From assembly GCA_026025075.1 (NCBI GenBank), contig JAPEUI010000095.1, forward strand, positions 1-63,774: a DNA stretch of 63,774 bases, written 5' to 3'. The notes under the pieces were generated by a model. That model was not told the origin of the DNA, did no database searches, and saw only the letters and a list, made by a program, of their open reading frames with translations. This stretch comes from Vezdaea acicularis. Taxonomy: Eukaryota. Shown piece after piece: positions 1 through 12,689 of this stretch (position 1 is its first letter; every line of letters starts with the position of its first letter). A program made the position numbers and the translations under genes.

Positions 1-2870
1 GTGCCGCCGAAATATATGGCGATAAAGAGTACCAAGAGGACGAAGCTGATGATGACGACGACGATGATGACGAATATGATGATGAAGATGCTGCTGAGCG
101 CCGTCGTAAGATCGATTACTATCAAGTGGCTCACAGGATCAAGGAGGAGATTCACGTGCAGCCAAATATTCTGGTTGGTGGCACGCTGAAGGAATACCAG
201 GTCAAGGGTCTTCAGTGGATGATTTCGCTTTATAATAACAATCTGAACGGTATCTTGGCCGACGAGATGGGTCTAGGAAAGACCATCCAGACTATCAGTC
301 TCATCACCTACTTGGTTGAGAAGAAGAAGCAAAACGGCCCCTTCTTAGTCATTGTCCCGCTAAGTACCTTGACAAATTGGAACCTCGAGTTTGAGAAGTG
401 GGCTCCAGATATCAGACGGATCGTCTACAAGGGACCTCCGCTTGCCAGAAAACAACAGCAGACACAGATCCGATACACCCCCTTCCAGGTTCTGCTCACG
501 ACTTACGAGTATATCATTAAAGATCGGCCAGTTCTGAGCAAGATCAAATGGGTGCACATGATTGTAGACGAAGGTCATCGCATGAAGAATGCTCAATCCA
601 AACTCTCCAACACCCTCACACAATACTATAATACTCGATACCGGCTAATTCTCACCGGTACTCCTCTCCAAAACAACCTCCCTGAGCTTTGGGCTCTTCT
701 TAACTTCGTTCTTCCTACGATCTTCAAATCCGTAAAGTCATTCGATGAATGGTTTAACACCCCATTCGCCAACACAGGAGGTCAAGATAAGATGGAGTTG
801 ACAGAAGAAGAACAGCTGCTCGTTATTCGCCGTCTCCATAAGGTTTTGCGACCTTTCCTACTCCGTCGTCTCAAGAAAGACGTCGAAAAGGATCTGCCTG
901 AGAAACAGGAGACGGTCATCAAATGCAAGTTCTCTGCATTGCAGACGAAGCTGTACAAGCAGCTCGCCGACCATCAAAAGCTGTTCGTCAATACCAATGG
1001 AATTAAGAAGGGTGGTGTGCGTGGTCTCAGCAACATGCTCATGCAACTGCGCAAGCTCTGCAATCATCCTTACGTCTTTGGCGAGACGGTCATCGATGAG
1101 ATCAACCCTAGCGATATGATTGGCGACGACATTTGGCGGACGTCAGGAAAGTTTGAGCTTCTGGACAGGATTCTACCAAAGTTCAAGAAATCAGGACATC
1201 GGGTGCTTATGTTCTTCCAAATGACCGCTATCATGGACATTATGGAGCAGTTTCTCAACCACCGCGGTGAGAAGTTCCTGCGCTTAGACGGCTCGACCAA
1301 GTCCGACGACCGCTCAGATTTGTTGAAACTCTTCAATGCACCCGACTCACCGTACTTCTGCTTCTTGCTCTCGACGCGCGCTGGTGGTCTTGGTCTCAAC
1401 TTGCAGACTGCAGACACTGTCATCATCTTCGACTCCGACTGGAATCCCCATCAAGATTTGCAAGCGCAGGATCGCGCTCATCGTATCGGTCAGAAGAATG
1501 AGGTTCGCATTCTGCGTTTGATCAGCTCCAACTCTGTAGAAGAGAAGATTCTTGAGCGTGCTCAATTCAAGCTCAATATGGACGGCAAGGTCATTCAGGC
1601 TGGCAAATTCGACAATAAGTCCACGAACGAGGAGCGTGAGGCTATGCTTCGTGATATGATCGAGAGTGTGGAAAACGTGGAAAATCTAGGCCAAGAAGAA
1701 CAAGACGACGATGATCTCAATCTCATCATGGCAAGATCCGAGGATGAGATCGAGCTCTTCAAACAGATGGACGAAGAAAGAGATCGCGACTCGGAGTATG
1801 GACCTGGCAAGAGATTGCCTCGTCTCATGGCTGAGGAGGAACTTCCCGATATATACTTGCAGGAAGGCGGTCCACTCGTGGAAGAGCTAGACGAAGAGGT
1901 TGGCCGCGGAGCTCGCAAGCGTACTCAAGTCAAATACGATGATGGCCTCACTGAAGAGCAATGGTTGGAAGCCGTGGACGATAGTGATGACTCTCCAGAA
2001 GCCGCGATAGAACGGAAGCAAGCCAGGATCCAGAAGCGACAGTCGAATAAGGACAAGCGCCAGGGCGGTGAAGATTCTCCAGCTCCCAGCCGAGAAGAGT
2101 CCGAACCGCCGTTGGTGCCAAAGAAGCGAGGCCGGAAGCCAAAGGCCGAGAAACGCAAAGCCGACGAAGTCGTTATGGAGAGACAACCACCAGCCAAGCG
2201 CAAACGTGGTAATTCGGGCAAGCCTATGAGCGATGCGTTGAGCGCTGAAGAGAGAGTCGTCCTGCAAGGCATTCTCAATAACGTCTACGAGTATTTGATG
2301 GATCTAGAAGAGCCTATCCCCGGTGAAGACGAAGCTCGAGGACTCATTGATCCGTTCATCAAGGTTGTATCCAAGACGCAATACCCAGACTACCACATCC
2401 TCATCCAGCACCCTATTGCCATGGACAATATCAAGAAGAAGATCAAGAAAGAGGATTATTCGAGCTTGAAGGAATTCCGCGACGATATTCGGCTCTTATG
2501 CAATAATGCTAGAATGTATAATGAGGACGCGAGTCAGCTCTACTTAGACGCTAATACTATTGAAGTAAGATGATCTGGACGATTAAAATTGTGTGAAGCT
2601 AACAAAAAGCCATAGAACGCATGTGTTGCAAAACTCAGAGAGGAGACGGAGAAACACCCCGAGTTTGCTGATTTTGACGATCAAAACTCCTCTGCACCGG
2701 ACGGTCAATCTACTGGCCCAGTTTCTAGCGTCGGAACACCTCTCGCATCCGGCAACGCTTTTGGAGGTGGGAGCACGGGTGGTGGTGGTGGAACAAAAAT
2801 CATGTTGAAACTTAACCACTCGGCATACACGAATGGAGACAACAACGGGCGGCAGAGTGATGGCGAGTAG
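1..2870 (+). CDS. SWI/SNF-RSC chromatin remodelling ATPase (Snf2/Sth1 family) with C-terminal bromodomain; 5' end lies outside the window
   Basis: Frame open from position 3. Motifs LADEMGLGKT, DEGH, TGTPLQN, LSTRAGGLGLNL, QAQDRAHRIGQ, and bromodomain YPDY...NARMYN. Intron 2565-2615 (GTAAGA...GCTAAC...CATAG) gives a last exon ending TAG at 2870. Confidence 0.95.
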
Positions 2871-3778
2871 ACCTTTCCTAGCACGCGGAATTTTCTAAGA
2901 GGAACAAATGAGGGAAAGACTTGCTTTGCGCGGCAGCATTACATCGGGGGCAACTAGATCATCTGCATTATTTCCATGTAACCTTTGGGGACTTTATGGA
3001 CGAGGGCTACTCGACCATGGTTAGCACGCGGGAACACTGACGGGTGGGCTTTTGGGCTGGCGCCTTTCTGATAACCTTTGGCTCGCGCTGCGGCGTTTGC
3101 ATACGGCGTGCATGGCGTCGAACACCTCACAGAGAGTCGGAGCATTTGCGCTGAGAGCTTGTGTACTTGTAGCGTGCTGAAAATAGAGACGTACGTCTTG
3201 CATGATACGTCTGGATCGCATGTGATTTCCTCCGCGGTGGCGTTTTGAGCTTGGCCGCTCAAGCAAGAGAAACCCCACAGTATTGGGTTACAACGCCACG
3301 AGTTCCTAATAACTGCCCAAACCCGGGGTCAGGAACCCAATGTATAAGCCTCTGAGCAAAGCAATCCTTCCTGTTGACCTCTATCTGTGGCCACATTGCT
3401 TTAGCCCCCGGAGATGGCGTGCGTATCAGGCCTCGTGAATTAGGCCCGCCCCTCCCCCCTGTCAGCCAGTCCCAAGCTTGCCCGCTAAATCACCCCACCC
3501 TACGCCCAACTGCAGCCTCAGACCATCCCACCCCATCGCCGACAGCACGCTGCGTCGCCGAAAGGGTGCAGCCTCGTAATGTATCTTCCGGTTACAATCG
3601 CCGCACAGATTGGGCGGCCAGCGACCCGCCCCAGACCAGCTGCTCCTCTGGTGTTGTGGGAATCAGATATGAAGGCGCCGGCCGCCCCGCGCGAACCTAC
3701 GTTCTTTTGCCTACTCTCGACGACGAAGAAGCAGACCACTGACAACGACGACGACGAGACCGACGCAACGACGTAGAG

Positions 3779-4928
3779 ATGCAGAGCTCGAGCGCGCCGA
3801 ACACCCGCTCCACAACGTCGAACCGAGTGCTGTTCGAGAAGCCGCAGAGCAGGCTGATCGAGCAGGCGAAGATGCCGGAGGAGAAGGAGAAGGTGGTAAC
3901 GGTCGTGGTGGAGGAGATGCCACGGTTCGAGCCGGAGATAATCGATCGCAAGGGCGGGTGAGCTTGTTACCATCCCCACCTCTTCAGCCCTTTACAGTAG
4001 CGCACTTGTTTCCAAAGCTTTGCCTAAAGCTCTCTCTTATCCTCACCTCTCTCCTCCACTCGATCGCCCCTTCCCTCTCTCAGCCTCTTCGCTAACCCTC
4101 TCTCTCTCCAACCCCCCCAGACGCTTCGCCGGCCCCTTCTTCACCCTCACCATCGGCCAACCCCCCGAAACCGCACAACTCTCCGCCCACCAGTCCATCC
4201 TCTCGCAATCGCCCACCCTCGCCCGCTTCTGCTCCTCCCCCCACTTCCTCGAATCCCGCACCCACCACCTCTCCTTCCCAGACGACCACCCCATCATCTT
4301 CTCCCTCCTCCTCGAATACCTCTACACCTCCGACTACGAACCCACCTACCGCACCGTCCGCTCCTACGGCCGCGCCTCCGCCTCCACCAGCGGTCTCCGC
4401 CGCGCCGACCTCCCCTGGACCCCGGACTACCTCGCCGCCCAAACCTCCATCGCCGCCCAGCTCTACGTCCTCGCCGAGAAATACCAGCTCCCCTTCCTGC
4501 AGAGCCTGATCGCCTCCAAGTTACCCTACCTCACCGCCTCCCTGCCCGGCCCCGCCTTCTTCGCCGCCGCCAAGTCCGTCTACGACGACATCCCCGACGA
4601 ACGCCGCACCACCCCCTTCTTCGACTGGTTCCGGCGCGAGGGCGTCAGTCTGCGCCGCGTGCGCGAGGCAGAGGGCGAGGAGTGGTGGTTAGCCTTCTTC
4701 GAGGGCGGCGGCCGCTTTGCCCGTGATCTGGTCGAGGCGTGTGATCTCCTTCGCGGCCGTGAGAGGGAAGGCAGGAGCGAATGGGAATGGCGCCGGAGGA
4801 GGATGACCTGGGACGAAGACGAGGCGGAGGCCGGGAGTACGCTCTGGGAGGCTGATAGGAGGGGTGATAGGGGCTGGGAGGGCAGGAGGAGGAGGTGGGA
4901 CGATGATACCGATAGTAGGTGGTCTTGA
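3779..4928 (+). CDS. BTB/POZ-domain protein
   Basis: Exon 3779-3957, intron 3958-4120 (GTGAGC...GCTAAC...CCCAG), then exon 2 with fungal BTB signature (AHQSILSQSP...FPDDHPIIFSLLLEYLYTSDY...LYVLAEKYQLPFL). Confidence 0.8.
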
Positions 4929-5645
4929 GCGCGTATGCGGGGGGGTTTTTTTTTTGGGGGGGGGGTTTTGCTTAAGCCGGCGTTCGGAGACAGGCGGGTT
5001 GGGACTCTTGGTTCGGTCTTGCCCAATGCCCTCTTGGCCTTATGCTTTTCTCCGTACGGAGGTCGAGTGGGCCCGTCTCGGCGTCTGGATTCTTTGTGCA
5101 TGGTTTCCGCTTTAGAGATGTATATACACTTACTCTGTCATCCATCCGTCTATCCAATTTTGTAACGTGCAGACTCACGGTTGTGCAAGCTAGTTCGATC
5201 TTGATGGTGTCACTCCACCCCCTCATCCTCACCCCCACACCCCTCCCCCTCAACCATGAAATCATCAAACCACTCTCCTTGCCCAAATCCGTAAGAAAAC
5301 CCTTCATACAAGCGTCGTCTCCGCCTAAAACAGGGATTATTGAGCCACTACACGAGGCGACGACGGCCCAACCGCGTCATCCATCCATGCACCTAGTCTC
5401 CTCGCACTTTCCCTCGTTCCCAAAGCCGGGGAAGAGGGCCAACACCCACTCGTTCACGCTAGCAGCGAGAAAGAACGAGGGATGACTATACTTTGTCCCA
5501 GCGGAACGGATCAAACACAATGAAGGGCAGAATACTAGGCTTAGGAAAGAAAAGACGGATGAGCGGAAGGGTACGAAGATGGTTGATGTTGTTGTTGTGA
5601 AGATTATATGGGTATAGATACATGTATGATATGTGATATATGCTA

Positions 5646-6905
5646 CTAATCTACAAGTTTGCCGAAGAAGGGGATGCCCAGGGCGCTCAAGAGGAGTCTG
5701 CCTTCCCGGTCGTTCGTGGCGGTCGTACAGATCGTGACGTGACAGCCCGGTATCATCTTAGCAGGATACCTAGAGTGTACACACACACATCAGCATACGC
5801 GAATATGAGGCAGAGCGGAGGGAAACAAGAAGGAAGCAAGGGAGCAACAAGAAAGAACGCACATATCATAATTAGCCTCGATCTCCGGAAACAGGGCGAC
5901 AGCATCCTCATCGAGGCCGAAGGAGAGATTGCCGCTGCTATCGCCGGAAGTACCCTTGACGCCATGCCAATCCTTGATACGGGGCATGACGACGTTGACG
6001 CACTTGTTCAGGAAGTGATACATATCCTCGCCCCTCAACTCCGCCTTGACCGCGACGAACTTGCCCTTGCGCAGATCCCACTGTCCGACGTCGCGTTTGG
6101 ACTTACACGGGGTGGCTCTTACGCCCGTGATGGCCTGCACGACCATCCCGGCGGTGTGGAGGTGGGCGCTGTCGTTCTTGGCCGCCTTGACCATCGTGTG
6201 TAGCGTGATTTTCTCGAGCCGCGGGATGTTGCGGAAGGTGGTTGGTTTCTTGAGGAGGCGCAAGACGTCGCCGCCGCGGGGTCCGCGCCGGGCGCGGTTC
6301 TTGTGGTAGGGTGAGGAGTCGTCCCATTCCCGGAGCCGGGCCGGGCGCAGTGGAGGCGGGGTCCCAAAGGGAATGTGCTTGTAGGTGAGGGTCATTAGGT
6401 CGGGCGCGATGGTGGCGTGGTATGTTTGCTGGAGACTGGGGAGGGTGAAGGGGCCAGCTTTGAACTCGCGGGAGGAAGGGTCAGAAGATGGAGGTGGTTG
6501 ATGAGGATGTAGGGGGCCACGGTAGTATCGTGGAGGCCGGAATTGATAGCTAGAAAAGGAAGTTGTGTTAGTCTTCGAGGTTCAAAACATGTATAGCTCT
6601 TCCACGCTCGCCAACCCATGACTCTTCTCTTGAGCAAGACCGCCGATGATGACTTACCGACTGGCAGGAAGCTGCGTCGATCGCTCGTTGCTTTGCTTGA
6701 CAGGATCAAACGTCTTGATAATCTCTTCAGAGGGGCCATCTGCGATTATAGAAGACGCCGGTTCTAGATCCTCGAATGGGTCTTCTTCAACCGCAAGCGC
6801 CTGACTGGCCGCATTGCGTGTTTGCAGTGTACACCCTGGAAGTGCTCTCGATCGAAACGGCCTTCTAGAGGGGTTTCGGAGCTTTAGTGGCACTCGGAGA
6901 GCCAT
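5646..6905 (-). CDS. MRPL7: Mitochondrial large-subunit ribosomal protein uL5m (54S L7)
   Basis: Three exons (introns 6550-6657 and 5770-5862). Transit-peptide-like N-terminus, RYYRGPLHPHQP, L5 domain VMPRIKDWHGV...GDSSGNLSFG...FPEIEANYD...RLLLSALGIPF. Confidence 0.92.
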
Positions 6906-7135
6906 GTCGTTGTTGCGAAGGTGTGTCGTAGATTATAGCTTCTCACGACTCCAGAAAATGCTTCCGGGATTGGCGCCAAGCCTTCGCTTCCTGGCCGCTT
7001 CAGGCTAGCTTCAAGCAAGACGATCTGATTGGCAATTGCAGATGATCACGAACATGCATAGTTGACATGGTTACTCTATTATTTAGGATATATTCATACA
7101 TTGTCTAAGTTCTTACCATTCCATGTTGACTTCGA

Positions 7136-10100
7136 TCAAAGCGCCCACTCGCTCTTGTCGTCGGTAGGCAGTACAAAAGGCTCATCGATCAGCTTGATAG
7201 CGAATTCACTGCAAAGGATGCTGCAACGTCGTTAGCCCTTAGATCTTGTAGCTACTGTGACCTACAGAGATGAGACACTTACCACGAAGCTGCTACTAAG
7301 TCGTCTAACTCTTTTACAGCCCTTTCCCTTTTCTTCCCCGTACTCACGCCTCTCGACACCTCTAGCTGTAAATCCCTAACCTTCTTTCCTCTTCCTACTC
7401 CTCCGCTCTCAACAATCTTTTTGGCCAGACAGTCGCCATGGAATGCATGCTGGCATGGAAATACCCAGAATTGCCTGCTTAGAAGCGGGAACCCACAGAT
7501 AAAGCACTTTTCTCCAGGCTCCACAATTGCATAGCGGCTATCGAGCTTAGCAATATCTTCCTTTATACGCTGAGCAGTAGTTGACGATTCGTCCATTTCT
7601 TGTTTCAAACTATCAATGCTGCGGGAATAGTCTTCAAGCGCAGTACAGATTTCCTCTTTGAAATCGTCGATTATAACGAAATCAGGGAAGAAGGGTATAA
7701 GATCCTCGATCTTGAGAAGGTCACATCGTTTGAGGAATTCAATTGCGGTCTTGATGCCGTCACTTTGCGAAATCACCCTCTTTGCGACTGCGAGCCAGAG
7801 CTTCTTCCGCAGAGCTGGGTTTTCTTCCGGCCTGTCCGCGACGAGACTCGCCAGGTCGATTTCATTATACTTCAGAGCCAGTTCGACGGCCTGCGAGTAT
7901 TGCTCCATTGAGCTATAGATGTGAACGCAGCTCTGGATACGCTTGTGTAGTATGCACAATCGTAATGCGAAGTCTGCATCATAACTTCGTTCCTCTTTAT
8001 GAGACTGCGCCTCAAGGTATGCGAGAAGCGCCGACTCATCCTTCGAAGCGTGAGAGGCATATACTGAAATGAGTGTATTGTGGATAGCCGCATCAGTCGA
8101 ACGCATTTGGTTAATTACAAAAAGAAGGTATCTGACTGCTTGATTCTATGCTTCGTCAACAAACGATTACATGTTCTGGGTTCGTCCTGCTTACCTGTGC
8201 TAGCGACAGTCGTGCGCTCATATTATAGCTAAGGAGCGCCGGGATTATATTCCGGGGTTCAATGTTCGACTGCCTCGTCAGGACATCTACCAACTCGGGA
8301 GCGACATTGTTCATGAGGACGGTACTGTATTCGTAAAAGACATCCGCATCTGTTTGCTTCATTAATACATTCAGCGCATCTGACCATCGTTCTCTTTGTA
8401 TCCAATAAGCAAGGACATAGCCGTAATCATTCACGACGGTTGCGAAATATAACAGCTCCGCTTCTCTGCCGTGTTTACCGATAATGTCGTACGTGGCCTC
8501 CTTATTGAGATCAGAACGGTATCGTGTGACAAACTCGCGGTACTCCATACGTATTGTCGAAAGCTGTTCCTTTGACTCCACTGGGGTCGTGGTCTCCGAC
8601 AATTCAGCCTTAGTCGTGATTGTATCATCCAATGCATCCAGCTTCGACATGAAGATCTCAATTAGCCAACTGGCAATCATCGTTCGCTGCATCACTGAAG
8701 ACCTCTTGAAAGTTGGAAGCTTTGTCAGGAGGTATTTTCTCAGAGCATCTTGCTCGCCTGCGTCAATGAATGTCAAAGCCACGCGCTCAAAGGCTTTGGT
8801 ACTTTTCCCGTAGACGCCGGCTGCATCAATATATTGGCCTTTACGGATGAGATAGTCTCCTGAAGCCGTAGCAACGGCGTCTCGTTGCTGGGAGGTCTTT
8901 GCATGTTCTAGCGCTGCGTCGAATTTCTGTTCTTTCAGCATTATCTTCCAGACGTCCCGGTCTTCTTCAGTGAGAACAATTTCAAAGATTTCTGTAGTTG
9001 TAAAGAGCCAAAACGTGTTGCTCTTCTGATCGGCCACGAGACTTACAGCCGTTTGGTTAGGCTCAAGGACTAGCTGGTCATAGACAATGCTGTGATCCAA
9101 TACGTTTACGGCAACGATACGGTCTTCGAACAAGTATATAATGTGCCAGTGAGTCAGTAATATAGCGGAAACAAAGCTTGAGGACTGTATCGCAGGTTTT
9201 CGACGGGAGCTCCCGGTTTGTGAAGTCGGAAGTTGCGCTTTTGGGAAGCTTTTGGCTTGCGACAAGATCTTTTTTCCAACATCTAGAGTCGCGGGTGAGT
9301 TTAGTAGCTTGCTGTGATATACCCCTTGTGAAGAAAGCCATGCAAACGTTCTCTCTGTAGTGGGACCTTTCAATGAACTTTTTTCCGGTAGATCAGGTGA
9401 CACTACTAACATTGATGGTGCCGATGCAGAAGCATTTGAGACATCGTGATGCTGAGGCGTCGCCGTTTCAAAAAGTTTAGTATAGATCGAACCACCTCCT
9501 TCGTTACCTTGCCTTCCAACGCTACCAACGAAGACAAGGAGCCTACTGTGTGTTGCAACCAATATCCTTCTCAAGTCTGGAGTACTGGGAACAGCGTCGA
9601 GCCATAGTCCAGTAATGGATCCATCCTGGACTTTGTACAGACCCTTCAAGTACTTTTCTTCTCTTCGATAGAATTCTGTCGAGGGTTCTATGAATATTTC
9701 ATATAGGTTTCCATCTGAAGCTCCGACAATGATCTCCCTGGTTGAAGCTGTAGGAAGGGATGGGTTCCAAGCAATACATTCGATTGTGACGCCTTTTAAT
9801 CGAGCTAACAATCTGGGTTGTCTGGACTGGGCGTGTAGATAATAGTTCTCGCCAAGGGTCGTGCTGATGACAAGATGTGACGCGGTTGGATCAAGGAAGA
9901 TGCGTCTTATGACACCAGTGTCTGAAGACTTCTTAGGCAGGTCGATATCTTATTGCGACTCAAAGTCAGTACGAACTTCATAAGACCAAACTTGAGGATT
10001 GTTATTTGGAGAAACTTACCATCAATGTCTCGCGGCCTGTCGAGATCAATTCTGATCAATCTACCGCTAGAAAGAGCTAGAACTAAGACGTTATTCGCTG

Positions 10101-10239
10101 CTTGTGCTGCTACAAAATCTGAGGGAAGGTCAAAGTCAAGAGTCACAGGCTGCACTTTGAACATCGGCAGACTAGCTGCATCGTTGAGATCTGCCAGCCC
10201 GCCGACAGCGATGTATCCATTGTCGGGATCGAGAGACAT
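7136..10239 (-). CDS. VPS18: HOPS/CORVET subunit Vps18/Pep3
   Basis: Four exons (introns ~9949-10019, ~8147-8194, ~7221-7282). Beta-propeller, clathrin-like repeats, LLKIEDLIPFFPDF, C-terminal RING-H2 (CFICG...FPCQHAFHGDCL...CILCSE). Confidence 0.95.
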
Positions 10240-12689
10240 CAGGACAGCATCTCTGCAATACTAGCTGGACAATTCACTTCGCTGCTTCAATCCTTGTCTC
10301 CCACTCGTATAGCTCAAAGCTGCAGCTGTTGCGACATCTCATATTGAATTGCATTGGTGGGTTATGAAGTTGGGACTACAATAAGCTAAAGCTGCTACGG
10401 CAAGCTAACCGGCACAAAGCGTGGTTTGATCGCCAACTTTACGACCGAGAGGAGAATGATCATGGTAAGATCATTGCGCCAACGGAAATGATGGATCCGC
10501 CATCGCTTCAGAGAGCACCCCAAGCTTGAGCTTTTCCCTGAGAATTCGCGCAAAGTACTTTGCGATTGCTTGTTCGGTGCGCGGCGGGTCCCTTTCTAGT
10601 CTAAATCTGTGTAAGTGCATGCCCCTCATGTTAAGAACCCAAGCTGACCAAGCCAGAAGATAGCTCGTGGCACAGAAACATCATCAGGGTCAATGAAAGC
10701 GACAAGAAAGGCTTAAGATAGCATGCGTTGAATTATGGTCGGGCCTTAGTTTCCCGGAAGTTGAGTGTGGTCGACGATCAACACCGCTCTGGGACCAGCT
10801 CCGACCAAGACCTCGATACCCTCCCACCTCGAAGACATCATCAAGTGGCACAACATGGCTATTTCTTGACTGACCCCCTCACGCCTGAAAGCAGGCAACC
10901 GAGTCTGATCGCCGTCGCCCGGGCATCTCGTCTGAGGGACATTTGAACGTGTCAGGACCCTGTTAGGAGAACGGTTTCTTTTGTGGCCTTTGCGGCGAAG
11001 TGCAGACCTTCAGTCAGCGATGTGAGTATGCAGGGCAAGCATGCTTTTCCAGAAGATCGCTTAAAGATTCCTCTGTCCAAATGTCTGCAGTATTGATGCT
11101 GCAATTGCACCGAATCCGAGTCCTGGGAGCAAGGTGGGCTTACGCATGAATTGGCCTTGGGACGTTGATTAGCTGTTGCGACTGCTCCTCCGGACGACAG
11201 GAGAAATTGGTTGCATGGAAAGCCCGGTCACAGATAGGGGACTGATCCACGCTGGGCGTGGCTCGAATTGCCATGCTGAAGCCGACAGCTTAAAGGCGCA
11301 TGCGAGGCCCGATCGAAGGCCGAGGATTGGAAGGAGTGGGGGAAAGGTCAGTCGAGTTTGACCAGGTGGTTATCATGTGAAATGGGCCATAGCCTGTCGT
11401 TGCTCTTTTTTGCCTGAGCTTCAACAGGCCTGGACGTTGTTCAAAGCCATGGAGAGATGCACATCCTGTAGCGTTGCATCAACTAGCCTGCTGCAAGCCA
11501 CTTACCACTGTCTCTCCGCTCGTGTTCGTACAAATGCTTCCAACCCAAGAACAACTTAAGATTAAAAAACAATTAATTGATCGATCCTTGTGTGAGCAAA
11601 GCGCCGTTGCAGGGCACGGTCACCGCACGCAAAAGCTCCAAAGCCATTGCAGAGGCCGGGGCGAATATCGATGGCAGATGGCAGTCTCGTGCGCGTTGGC
11701 TGCCTTTGTTCTGATGGCTCGTCAAAAGGGGGACCGATGCGGTTAGGCGTGATCGCTGGTGTGTTTCATCTCTCGCTCGAGAAATGCCAAACGGCGTGAG
11801 CAAGCTCTGCGTCGATGGCACCAACAGATGTTGCGCGAGAGTCCGTGAGGCGTGTGCTGACGGGAGAGATGACCGGCGCTATATGTTGCTCGCCGCCGGT
11901 TGCTAGATATCCGAGAACTCTTTGAGATTTTCGTGTGGTCGTGGGTGGTTAAATTGATGCGAAACTCTGAATCGTCGTGGAGCCGTGGCGATCATCGTGG
12001 TCTGCAGCGGACGACGTTGCTTAGCGCCAGCAGCCATCCCAGCTCGACAAATCCCCCCCATCCAACCCAAACCGCAATGCCCTTCGCCACTGCTCGACCT
12101 TTCCACCCTCACTCCCTGCCCCGAGTGAAAGAATAGGAGCGTTCGACAAGACCCTAACTGTAAAACCAACGGCCAGTCACCAACTGTGTGTCGAACCTGC
12201 CGAAGGACCTGTTTTGTCTCGCCGAGAGGCTCCGGCTCAGCAGCGTTTGGACCCCTTTTAGACGGTTTCATCAACCCGCGGCGGGCGGTTGGTCCGTACT
12301 GCCTTTGAAACGAACCGTCGGCGACTCCCAAAGTATCAACGATACCTCCTTCTCGTCGCGTGTTCTCTCTCCCTTAATTACCTAAACACTTTGTTTGTGC
12401 CTTTTCTGTCACTTCATCCTCCATTCTTTTGAACTCCAACGAATCGACATACGGCAGACGTTCGCTCACTCGATCCTTCGACCATTCTGCCTGCCTCAAT
12501 CACTTGCCGGATGGTGTTTGAGAGGGCTGATCGTTGCGGCACGACGTTTCTACCATAATACGGAATAATTAGATACAACTCATGATATAATCGTCCAGAG
12601 ATCGGACCCGCCCGGCGTCATTCCACTAATCCATAAGACGATCTATCCTACCTCTAGGACAATAATCTTGTAGGACCCTGCCCACAGAG

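Noticed and set aside
5640..6203. 187-aa + strand ORF and many similar antisense ORFs over genes
   Set aside because: Shadows of GC-rich codon usage on the opposite strand; no domain signatures.
10490..10545. Possible C/D-box snoRNA (ATGATGG...TTGAGCTTTT...CTGA)
   Set aside because: Box C is imperfect, the unit is too short and the rRNA complementarity is weak.
12145..12165. ACCCTAAC as a telomerase RNA template in the STE11 upstream region
   Set aside because: Only a short match, with no pseudoknot or CR4/5-like domain recognisable.
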